Shown here piece after piece: positions 19,852 to 27,386 of a DNA stretch of 37,250 nt. The stretch comes from a virus (lineage: Duplodnaviria > Caudoviricetes), in the IMG/VR virus record IMGVR_UViG_3300003937_000095, positions 1 through 37,250 of that record; one strand, given 5' to 3'. The position numbers and the translations under genes are program-made. The notes under the pieces are model-generated. The model was not told the origin of the DNA. It saw only the letters and a program-made list of their open reading frames with translations, and did no database searches. Within the stretch, counting starts at the first letter, position 1. Each line of letters opens with the position of its first letter.

Positions 19852-20032
19852 TTACTTTCTTTTTATGTATTATTTTTAATATAGACGTAGCGGTATATAT
19901 CATACCATCTAATATTTCTTCTAAAGCTTCTATTTCCCAAACTCTACCATCAAAAGGATTAAGTTCTTCATTGTATTCTCGTTTCCCTTTCTCAAGTCTT
20001 TCTTTTAATAACTCTATTATCTCTTTATTCAT
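19811..20032 (-). CDS. Small all-alpha protein, NTP-pyrophosphohydrolase-like (R..KG..EY...D.R.W..EALEE..D..IY)
   Basis: ORF track 19811..20062; ATG at 20032 with an AAGG SD; EExxD motif. Confidence 0.5.
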   Translation of the reverse strand: MNKEIIELLKERLEKGKREYNEELNPFDGRVWEIEALEEILDGMIYTATSILKIIHKKKVNGKPDRKYSKSAS

Positions 20033-20066
20033 ATATACCTTTATTTTCCCTTGCCCAACCACCCAC

Positions 20067-20099
20067 TAAGTTAAATGATAGGTCAATACCAATACAAGT
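20067..20099 (-). promoter_or_regulatory. Promoter-like ACTTGTAT-N18-TAACTTA at the head of the late arm
   Basis: Repeated motif; an overlapping TTGTAC-N17-TATCAT sigma70-like match is also present (20075-20103). Confidence 0.6.
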
Positions 20100-20165
20100 A
20101 CAAACCCCAGTTATTTACTAAAAAAATTGTAGGATTTTGATAGAGAGTCTTATTTATACTATGTA

Positions 20166-20180
20166 CCCCCTATCGGGGGG
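20166..20180. other. GC hairpin CCCCC-TATC-GGGGGG at the divergence point
   Basis: Isolated GC island in an AT-rich spacer. Confidence 0.5.
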
Positions 20181-20261
20181 ATTCCCAAAATAGAATTTTA
20201 GTTATTTTTCATTTTATATATTATAATAATAATTATTAAACTAATATAAAGGAGGTGACAT

Positions 20262-20522
20262 ATGTCACTATTAAACAAACAGGAAGATAACGTAGACATA
20301 GTTGAAGACAAGTTGTCTGATGTTATGCACATGGATGCTGATGTATTTATGGCTAATGCTATTATGGAATTGCAAGAACAACCTCTAGCTACTAAGCGTA
20401 GAATTGCTAAGAATATAGCTGCTACTGCTAAGTTGTATGAGACTCAAGCACAGATGAATAATGATAGATATGCAGCTAAGAAATGGGGTCAGATAGGATG
20501 GAGTCTTAGGACTTTAAAGTAA
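20262..20522 (+). CDS. First early-arm gene, hypothetical
   Basis: Extended SD AAAGGAGGTGA at 20248-20258; has its own terminator. Confidence 0.85.
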   Translation: MSLLNKQEDNVDIVEDKLSDVMHMDADVFMANAIMELQEQPLATKRRIAKNIAATAKLYETQAQMNNDRYAAKKWGQIGWSLRTLK

Positions 20523-20527
20523 TGAGA

Positions 20528-20566
20528 ATGGGAGTGATTAAGTTTGCTCCCATAACCTCTTTTTAT
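20528..20566 (+). terminator. Intrinsic terminator
   Basis: ATGGGAGTGA/TTGCTCCCAT stem followed by a T-rich tract. Confidence 0.65.
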
Positions 20567-20658
20567 TTATATTTTATTATTATTATTATTTATACATGTA
20601 TATAAGTACGCAACTGTTAGTATGCTATTGGGTGTATATGTGTGTTTATTAGCCTATA

Positions 20659-20688
20659 TTGTATGCATACAGACGCATAGATAGTTTA
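20659..20688 (+). promoter_or_regulatory. Promoter-like TTGTAT-N17-TAGTTTA upstream of the structured region
   Basis: Variant of the repeated motif. Confidence 0.4.
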
Positions 20689-20749
20689 TGTATATATATA
20701 GTAATTTTAAGATAACTTGGGTATAAACATTAGTAATTACGCATAGACC

Positions 20750-21220
20750 TTGATCAACGTGTCTAAGAGAGTTAAAACTAGATTATCTCCGTAGAGGGAT
20801 AACGGGCTACTCGGTATAAACTGATCAAAATTTTTTTTGCGCTGTTGATGTGAACGAGCATATTCCGATTCTATTTTGTTTATGTATAAGAACTCCGCAG
20901 TTCTAAGCCTCGTAAGTCAGCAGTGCAAGAACTTAGACTAGACTCGGCAAGTCGATGAACCAAAGGGCTGGTATGTATAAAGATATACTAGTTATAATCC
21001 GCCCAAAGCGGACACCATTTAGTACACATCTTATAAGCGTAGACCTACAGATGTTATTAATATGGATAAATAAAAAGACCGTTCATAGAATGGACTTTTT
21101 TGCAAGGCTTTATACTAAGTCAGCCCTCGTCTAAACTTAGGTAAGATTTACTAAGCGATTTAACTAAACAGATCTCCGTTAAGTGATACCAGCCCGATAC
21201 CTAATAACAAAAAGTCGGGC
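20750..21220 (+). ncRNA. Candidate large structured RNA or long structured leader (family not recognised)
   Basis: No credible ORF; more than 10 nested helices, many with G-U pairs that work only on the + strand (see findings). Confidence 0.6.
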
Positions 21221-21257
21221 AAACTTTAATTTAAATAATCTAAAGGGAGTAATAAAA

Positions 21258-21437
21258 ATGGATAAAGAGCAAAGAGAATTACTTTTTAAACTGGTTACGG
21301 AGGAAAGAGATAGGCTAAATCTACTTAGATATGAATATGCTTATGATAGTAAGGAACAAGATAAAATATGGAAAGAAATGAGTATATGTAATAGAACTTT
21401 AATACCCTTAGAAAGGAAAGCATATGAAGATAAGTAA
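21258..21437 (+). CDS. Hypothetical protein
   Basis: ORF track 21183..21437; ATG at 21258 preceded by GGGAG. Confidence 0.7.
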   Translation: MDKEQRELLFKLVTEERDRLNLLRYEYAYDSKEQDKIWKEMSICNRTLIPLERKAYEDK

Positions 21438-21648
21438 GTTCAGAGCATTGATGACACTAGAGAGAGTAAATGAAAGAGTAAAGCATTGTAAAGAATATAT
21501 AACTTCTTTTGGTGAACCATTAAGAAAAGACTATGATGATTTAAAAAACTTAGATCAGATAGTAGGTTATTATATTGGATATAGTGAATGCTTGAAAGAA
21601 ATAGAAGATCAATTAAACGAAACAAAAAATCAAACAAAAGAGGAATAA
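21424..21648 (+). CDS. Hypothetical protein
   Basis: ORF track; AAGGA SD. Confidence 0.7.
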   Translation: MKISKFRALMTLERVNERVKHCKEYITSFGEPLRKDYDDLKNLDQIVGYYIGYSECLKEIEDQLNETKNQTKEE

Positions 21649-21651
21649 ATT

Positions 21652-22050
21652 ATGGTTAAAGAATCAAGTAATGAAATGCTTTTAAATAGAGAAAAAGAAA
21701 TATTTGTTTTAGAAGAAAAGCTAAACAAAATAAAATCAATATTTGATAATGAAAGAATGCTACAGCTTACCGATATGATTAATGAAGTTGAAGATGTAGT
21801 AAAAGAAAAGAATAATGAGCATTCTAATTATGAATCAGAAAGTAAATCGAAAGATAAATTAGTTAAAGACTTAGGGCAAGAAGTTAATGGAAGTAAAATT
21901 ATTTCTTATGCTAACATTGTAGAAGAACTAAAAAGATTAAACAAGCAAAATGAAAAGTATGTAGATAAAATAAATGATTTGTTTTATCGTGCTAATTCAT
22001 TGCAAGACGAAGCTGCAGGTTTAGTAGATGAGATTAACGATGTTGTTTAA
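21652..22050 (+). CDS. Acidic coiled-coil protein
   Basis: ORF track; GAGG SD. Confidence 0.75.
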   Translation: MVKESSNEMLLNREKEIFVLEEKLNKIKSIFDNERMLQLTDMINEVEDVVKEKNNEHSNYESESKSKDKLVKDLGQEVNGSKIISYANIVEELKRLNKQNEKYVDKINDLFYRANSLQDEAAGLVDEINDVV

Positions 22051-22252
22051 TAATTTAAAAGAAATAGAAAGTAAAGAGTTCAATTGGTCTAAGTACAAAC
22101 AAGATACAATTAATCGTTTTGTGAAGAAGTTTGGAAGTCTAGAACAAACAATTATTGTACTAGATGCTGAAATTCAAAGTCTTAAAGTAACAAATTCTGC
22201 TTTACAAGAGATGATAGATTGGGATGATGAATGTATGGAAATGAATGGTTAA
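22028..22252 (+). CDS. Hypothetical protein
   Basis: ORF track (start may be 22040). Confidence 0.65.
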   Translation: MRLTMLFNNLKEIESKEFNWSKYKQDTINRFVKKFGSLEQTIIVLDAEIQSLKVTNSALQEMIDWDDECMEMNG

Positions 22253-22270
22253 AAAACAAAGGAGAACATT

Positions 22271-22624
22271 ATGAGTAAAATAGGATTTATAGATTATTTA
22301 TGTGAAAATAATGATCAAAAAGGTTTACTTGAAGAAGTAGGCACTCAAGAAGATGTTAATTACTGGATGAATAAACACAAACAAGGAAAAATAAAAGAGG
22401 AAATCAATATGTATAATTCAAAGAAAATGGTAGTTGTTAATTCGTATATATCGTCATACAACAGAGGCAATTTAGAATATAAAGGAGTTGCCTACAGAAG
22501 AATGATGAAGCTTATCGATGTATTTTTTAGTTCTGCTTTAATGAAATCAAATTTGTTAAACAAAATAAATCATAAAGAAGCAATGAAAAAAGAGGAGAAA
22601 AATAATGATAGCAACAACAAGTAA
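22271..22624 (+). CDS. Hypothetical protein
   Basis: ORF track; AAGGAG SD; a second SD-like GAGG precedes internal MYNSKK. Confidence 0.7.
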   Translation: MSKIGFIDYLCENNDQKGLLEEVGTQEDVNYWMNKHKQGKIKEEINMYNSKKMVVVNSYISSYNRGNLEYKGVAYRRMMKLIDVFFSSALMKSNLLNKINHKEAMKKEEKNNDSNNK

Positions 22625-23159
22625 AGTCGCATACAAAGAAATTAATGAAGAAGGAACAATGAAAACACAAAGAGATAAGATATTATACGTTGTGAAATCT
22701 CATTGTGATAGAGTTGAAAATATATTCAATGGTATTTCGTTGAGAGAAATTTCATCTCTTACTGGTTTTGATATAAATGCTGTAAGTGGAAGAGTAAATG
22801 GATTGAAAAAAGACGGATTTCTAAAGACAGTAGAAAAAAGAAAATGCTCAATAACAAAAAGACTTGTTTCTCCAGTTATTCCTATTAATAGTGATGATGA
22901 AAATGCAGAACTTGTAAAAGATTCTATATATCACATGGAAGATAAAATCAAATTATTATTGATGATAAAAGGATATAAGAAAATAAAGTTTACTTCTACT
23001 TTAGATGGGACAAGAGTTCTTAGAGTAGAGTATTACAAACAAATAGATGTAAAAGACGTACATTATTGTCATTTGCATGGAGATCTTTTCTTATCAGAAG
23101 TTAGTGCGTGGGATGATGATTGTGGAGAAAAGTATTGGTATCTAGTAAGTGAACAATAA
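22605..23159 (+). CDS. Winged-HTH DNA-binding protein
   Basis: QRDKIL...GISLREISSLTGFDINAVSGRVNGLKKDGFL. Confidence 0.7.
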   Translation: MIATTSKVAYKEINEEGTMKTQRDKILYVVKSHCDRVENIFNGISLREISSLTGFDINAVSGRVNGLKKDGFLKTVEKRKCSITKRLVSPVIPINSDDENAELVKDSIYHMEDKIKLLLMIKGYKKIKFTSTLDGTRVLRVEYYKQIDVKDVHYCHLHGDLFLSEVSAWDDDCGEKYWYLVSEQ

Positions 23160-23173
23160 AAAAGGAGATAACA

Positions 23174-23656
23174 ATGAGCAAGCAAGGACTAATATCAGGA
23201 TATAAACCTAATCCAATTAGTAAATATATTGTATTACTTAGTTGTGGTAGAACAAAAGAACTTGAAAAACAATTGTATAAAGATATGGAAGTGTACAAAA
23301 TAAATGAACCTTTTTATCTTATTGATATTTTTCAAGATGGTGTTAATCAAAGTGATACGGAAGGAACAAGTTTTGCAAGATCGTGTGAACTTATACCTTA
23401 TGAAGTAACCTCTAAATTTGGATATGGTATTGATGGAGATGGATATAAAGTATCTAGAGAGTATTGGTTTAAAAATACAGAAACTAATACAATTATTACT
23501 CTGTACGATTGGAAACGAACAACTCTTTATGATCCAGAATATCTTAGACCTTCAGAGTTTTGGGAACTAGAAGAACCAACTACATTTAACATTGGATCTA
23601 AAAATCACGCAGATACTTATGGATTTGTAAGATGGTTACAAACTAAACTAAAGTAA
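23174..23656 (+). CDS. Hypothetical protein
   Basis: ORF track; AAGGAG SD; D.YKVS.E...TLYDWK...FNIG. Confidence 0.75.
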   Translation: MSKQGLISGYKPNPISKYIVLLSCGRTKELEKQLYKDMEVYKINEPFYLIDIFQDGVNQSDTEGTSFARSCELIPYEVTSKFGYGIDGDGYKVSREYWFKNTETNTIITLYDWKRTTLYDPEYLRPSEFWELEEPTTFNIGSKNHADTYGFVRWLQTKLK

Positions 23657-23669
23657 TTGGTATGTGGAT

Positions 23670-23756
23670 AAAATGTAAGAGTTGAAGCCAACACTAATAA
23701 AACCGAGTGTGTGAGATTTACGATGCGTAGATAAAAGCCGGACACTCTTACATTTT
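23670..23756 (+). ncRNA. Branched intergenic RNA structure (13-bp closing stem, two internal hairpins)
   Basis: AAAATGTAAGAGT/ACTCTTACATTTT; ACACT/AGTGT; ATTTACG/CGTAGAT. Confidence 0.5.
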
Positions 23757-23759
23757 TGA

Positions 23760-23788
23760 TTGACTCTAAGTATTGATATTATTAAATT
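23760..23788 (+). promoter_or_regulatory. Sigma70-like promoter TTGACT-N17-TAAATT
   Basis: Upstream of the recombination genes. Confidence 0.55.
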
Positions 23789-23810
23789 TAAGTAACCATA
23801 GGGAGAGAAT

Positions 23811-24587
23811 ATGGATCTAATCAAAGTATACACAGATTATCTTAGTCATCTAAATAAACAAAGAGCAAGAGACTCTGAAGAGTTTCATGCATCCTCTGCT
23901 GGAAGTTGTTATAGAAAACAAATGTATAACTTCTTCGGGTATGATAAAAAAGAAATGGATGATAAATCCTTAAGACTACTTAGACTTGGAACTATTACAC
24001 ATAGTGATATAGAAGAAGCAGTCAATTGGAGAAATGAGATAATACAAGAAGAACAAGAAAAACTTCAACCAACAAATGCCGTACAATTATATTCAGAACA
24101 AAAAATATCTGTTCCCGAATATAACTTAGTAGGTACTTACGATGTTGGAGAAGCTTTGTTTAAAGATGGAGAAGTAACTGAGTTTAATCTTTACGATTTC
24201 AAAACAGTTGCAGCTTACAAATGGACAACAAAGTTTGGCCGGAAAGAAAACCGAGTCGCAACAACAGATACTAACTATAAGTTACAATTAGGTAGTTATG
24301 CTCTAGCAATCAAAGAAGAGTTTGGCGAGGATGTTAGAATAAATATGTTTCTAATATGGTACAACAAAAATACTTCTTTAATGAGAGAGCAAATTGTAAG
24401 CAATGAATACATAAAAAATGCTGAATCTTATTGGAAAGAACTAAATGAAATACTAACAGACGCAGGTGAAGACTTTGAAAACTCTGATCTTCTTGAAGCT
24501 GGTATTTCTTATGGTGTTCCTTTTGAAGATTGGGAATGTAGATATTGTCAATTTAGTAGTATTTGTCCATCACTATTAAAAAAATAA
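23811..24587 (+). CDS. Cas4-like PD-(D/E)xK exonuclease with predicted 4Fe-4S cysteines
   Basis: ASSAGSCYRK, GT..H, GTYD, DFKT, QL.SY and WECRYCQFSSIC. Confidence 0.85.
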   Translation: MDLIKVYTDYLSHLNKQRARDSEEFHASSAGSCYRKQMYNFFGYDKKEMDDKSLRLLRLGTITHSDIEEAVNWRNEIIQEEQEKLQPTNAVQLYSEQKISVPEYNLVGTYDVGEALFKDGEVTEFNLYDFKTVAAYKWTTKFGRKENRVATTDTNYKLQLGSYALAIKEEFGEDVRINMFLIWYNKNTSLMREQIVSNEYIKNAESYWKELNEILTDAGEDFENSDLLEAGISYGVPFEDWECRYCQFSSICPSLLKK

Positions 24588-24599
24588 CAAGGAAAACAA

Positions 24600-25232
24600 A
24601 TGGAAAACAATACAACTGTTATTACAGATCAGGTATCCCTGTCTAACGTAGAGGATATTAGAAAAGCAATAACAATAAAACATAAAAAAGTATCATTTAT
24701 GAAAACTCCAAAACCTTTTATTAAACAAAGGGCTGGAACAGATTATGTAGAGTATTCATACATGAGAGAAATAGCAGACAAAGAGTTCCCCGGATGGTCT
24801 TGGGAAATACATAAATCAGAAAACCTAAGTGGAGCAGCTTACGTTGTTCATGGTCGTTTGAAATGGTATGATGAAGGTATTTGGAGAACTGGTGATATGG
24901 TAGCTGCTCATAGACTTCAAACAAAAAGAGCAACAGGAGAGTTTGTTGATATTGGTAATGATGTTAAAGCAGCTAATACAGATTGTATTAAGAAAGCATT
25001 TAATATGTATATGAATATTGCAGATGATGTTTACAGAAATCAAATAGAAGATCTTGAACTATCTGATGACCAAAAACAAGAAATACTTTTAGTTGCATCT
25101 GAAATAAGCGAAGATAAAATGACAAAGATACATGGTTTGATAAAAGACCAAGTTCTAAATACTGCAAACTACAATGGTTCTTTGTCTAAACTAACAAGAG
25201 AAAGAGATTCTTTAAAGGATAAAGGAGAATAA
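24600..25232 (+). CDS. Sak/Rad52-like single-strand annealing protein
   Basis: IKQR.G.DYV...ADKEFPGWSWEI...KAANTDCIKKAF...IADDVY. Confidence 0.8.
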   Translation: MENNTTVITDQVSLSNVEDIRKAITIKHKKVSFMKTPKPFIKQRAGTDYVEYSYMREIADKEFPGWSWEIHKSENLSGAAYVVHGRLKWYDEGIWRTGDMVAAHRLQTKRATGEFVDIGNDVKAANTDCIKKAFNMYMNIADDVYRNQIEDLELSDDQKQEILLVASEISEDKMTKIHGLIKDQVLNTANYNGSLSKLTRERDSLKDKGE

Positions 25233-25233
25233 A

Positions 25234-25509
25234 ATGGGAAAAATAAAACAAGATGATTTGAAAAGATTAAGAGAATCTGGTCAATTATCTAAAACAGCAG
25301 AAAAAGCTCTAAGTAAATCTGGTAATGTTTCTACAAAGAAAGGATCAACAGAAAGATACTTTAGAATATCAGACGATGTTTATGTATCACCTAGATTGTA
25401 CTTTCGTGGTGGTAGTAAAATAAAACCAACTGGAGAAATGAAAGAGTTTCAAGCTGAATATCAGAAACTAATGGAAAAATACACAATAACAAAACCGAAA
25501 GGAGTTTAA
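25234..25509 (+). CDS. Small basic hypothetical protein
   Basis: ORF track; AAGGAG SD. Confidence 0.7.
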   Translation: MGKIKQDDLKRLRESGQLSKTAEKALSKSGNVSTKKGSTERYFRISDDVYVSPRLYFRGGSKIKPTGEMKEFQAEYQKLMEKYTITKPKGV

Positions 25510-25511
25510 AA

Positions 25512-26141
25512 ATGGCAAAAGAACTAGATGTAGTATTTGAACCTTCAAACAAACCTGAGTTTATACCGACAGAAGAAGGTAAATACCCAGCTCATATTGT
25601 TTCTTTGACAACTAAAGAAGTAAATACTAGAGCAGGAGAAGCAATTATAGTTAATATGTGTTATCAACTAGCAGATGAAGCTGCTGATGAAACTCAATTA
25701 CTATGGGAAATGGATGGATATAAATACAGATTAGATGTGAATGGTAGTAGAATACCTATTGCAGATGAGACTGGAATCCAAGAAGAAATAAAATGTAGCC
25801 ATCTTCCGGGTAAAAAATACTATGACAATGGTTTCTTTATCTTTACTGATACATCTTCAGCAAACAAAAATAGTAGATACTTTAAATTACTAGAGGGTCT
25901 TGGTATTGAGTTAGAAGAATCAGATGGTAAAAAGAAACTAGTGCTAATAGAAGAAGAAGACGTTATAGGTAAACCTGTTATTATAGACTTAGAAACACAT
26001 AGTTATATAACAAGGGATACCAAAGATCTTCCATTAGATCAACAAGAGAAAAGAACTACTCTTAAAGCAAAAGAAATTGTTTTATGGGAAGGTGGAGAAG
26101 AATTATCTCAAGATGAAGTAGATGATGACGTTCCATTCTAA
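25512..26141 (+). CDS. Phage ssDNA-binding protein
   Basis: F.P..EG.Y...I start, acidic tail ending DDDVPF; follows the annealase. Confidence 0.75.
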   Translation: MAKELDVVFEPSNKPEFIPTEEGKYPAHIVSLTTKEVNTRAGEAIIVNMCYQLADEAADETQLLWEMDGYKYRLDVNGSRIPIADETGIQEEIKCSHLPGKKYYDNGFFIFTDTSSANKNSRYFKLLEGLGIELEESDGKKKLVLIEEEDVIGKPVIIDLETHSYITRDTKDLPLDQQEKRTTLKAKEIVLWEGGEELSQDEVDDDVPF

Positions 26142-26160
26142 CTTTTCTAATTAAGTAATT

Positions 26161-26276
26161 TGTCGAGAGAGAATACTTGTATTTATATATAATAAATCAG
26201 TAATTTAGAGACGAGGGTGGTGTTAATATTATCTTCAATGTCCTGTCTCTTCTCTCTCGGCATCACCCTCACCCTC
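26161..26276 (+). promoter_or_regulatory. Structured intergenic element containing promoter-like ACTTGTAT-N18-TAATTTA (26175-26207) and alternative helices
   Basis: TGTCGAGAGAGAA/TTCTCTCTCGGCA and GAGGGTGGTG/CATCACCCTC. Confidence 0.55.
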
Positions 26277-26287
26277 TGGAGAGACAA

Positions 26288-26536
26288 ATGAAAAAAACAC
26301 GAACACAAACTAAACAACCAGCAATAGCTTTTGATAGTAAGAATGAAGCTTTGTTAATGCTAATGGCACTCAGAATGTACAAAGGATCAGATCATTTTAA
26401 TGGTATTGATAATCTTATAGATGAATTAGAAAAAATAGTAGATATGTTTTACAAAGGAGAAGACGATGAAAATGGCAACAAAATTGAAGAAAAAGAAAGA
26501 AATGGCGGACAAACTTGCGAAACTTGCTCTGATTAA
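26288..26536 (+). CDS. Hypothetical protein
   Basis: ORF track; GGAG SD. Confidence 0.65.
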   Translation: MKKTRTQTKQPAIAFDSKNEALLMLMALRMYKGSDHFNGIDNLIDELEKIVDMFYKGEDDENGNKIEEKERNGGQTCETCSD

Positions 26537-26759
26537 TAAACCTATTATAGAATGTAGCGATGGATATACTTTTATAAAAGATATAGAAATAGGAGAATTA
26601 ATTAAAACTCAATCAGATACTCAAGCAGTGATATTAAATCATACAAAAGTATCAACATCTGTTCTAGTAACTAAAGTTAATCAAGTCAATAAAGAAGATA
26701 GACCTTTCTATTTAGGGAAGCATAGATGGGGATGCACAACAGAAGTTAAAGTAATATAA
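26466..26759 (+). CDS. Hypothetical protein
   Basis: ORF track; AAGGAG SD. Confidence 0.65.
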   Translation: MKMATKLKKKKEMADKLAKLALINKPIIECSDGYTFIKDIEIGELIKTQSDTQAVILNHTKVSTSVLVTKVNQVNKEDRPFYLGKHRWGCTTEVKVI

Positions 26760-26768
26760 GGAGGACGT

Positions 26769-27023
26769 ATGAATTGGTTAATAAATAAAGTTCATGACCC
26801 TAATTTATTTGAGTCTGATAGATGTAATACTGATGCGAGAAGAGCAGACAAAAAAATAAAGTTTTGTAGTTCTTGCAAAAGATGTTGGGAGTATGATAAA
26901 GCTAGCATGAGAAATCTAAAACAAAAAAGAAGAGGATCTTTTGTAGTAAAGCATTATCAAAGTTTTCCAACTTACGGAAAAAAGAGAGAGGAATGTGAAG
27001 ATTGTAAAGGTAACAATGAATAA
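26769..27023 (+). CDS. Small zinc-finger protein (CxxC...CxxC)
   Basis: AGGAGG SD; CSSC and CEDC. Confidence 0.7.
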   Translation: MNWLINKVHDPNLFESDRCNTDARRADKKIKFCSSCKRCWEYDKASMRNLKQKRRGSFVVKHYQSFPTYGKKREECEDCKGNNE

Positions 27024-27384
27024 GTGTCCTGCGTGTGGATACCAATCAAAGTCTGGTAGAAATATTAGCCTAGATATAAGAGACTTGCTAAAAGTAAGGA
27101 ACAGAAGAACAAGAGAGCAAATAACTAGAATTGCTAAACTAATAATAAATAATGTTCCTTCAGATAGTAGATATGAATTTCATAAGTTTCTTTATGGTAT
27201 TAAAGAATGCAGAGATCAATTAATAGATTATGGTATAGAGACTTTTTACACTTCAAGAAGTTTTGAACATGGTAAAGGATTTGCTTATCTTAGAACGGTA
27301 ATATCTAATTCAGATAAAAATCACGATACTATAGTAGAAAACGAAAGAAAAAGATTGGGATCTACACCACCAATAATAAAATAA
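27016..27384 (+). CDS. CxxC protein with a weakly DnaD/replication-initiator-like C-terminus
   Basis: ORF track 26995..27384; MNKCPACG; FAYLRTVISN. Confidence 0.55.
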   Translation: MNKCPACGYQSKSGRNISLDIRDLLKVRNRRTREQITRIAKLIINNVPSDSRYEFHKFLYGIKECRDQLIDYGIETFYTSRSFEHGKGFAYLRTVISNSDKNHDTIVENERKRLGSTPPIIK

Positions 27385-27386
27385 AT

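Noticed and set aside
20761-20828. Pistol ribozyme (ACTCG...TATAAA)
   Set aside because: The P1 partner and pseudoknot arrangement could not be found.
20600-20930. Cobalamin riboswitch (GCAACTGT at ~20610, AAGTCAG at ~20914)
   Set aside because: The fragments are ~300 nt apart and the GGGAA/GGTG and B12-box context is missing.
20930-21220. Group I intron, tmRNA or RNase P identity for the structured region
   Set aside because: AGACTA and AAGATATA resemble group I R/S elements but there is no TAGTC P7 partner or interrupted gene; no tRNA-like T-arm/CCA end or tag ORF; no GAGGAAAGTCC.
23811-24587. Cas4-like gene as part of a CRISPR-Cas system
   Set aside because: No repeat-spacer array or other cas genes seen; the Sak/SSB context indicates a phage recombination exonuclease.
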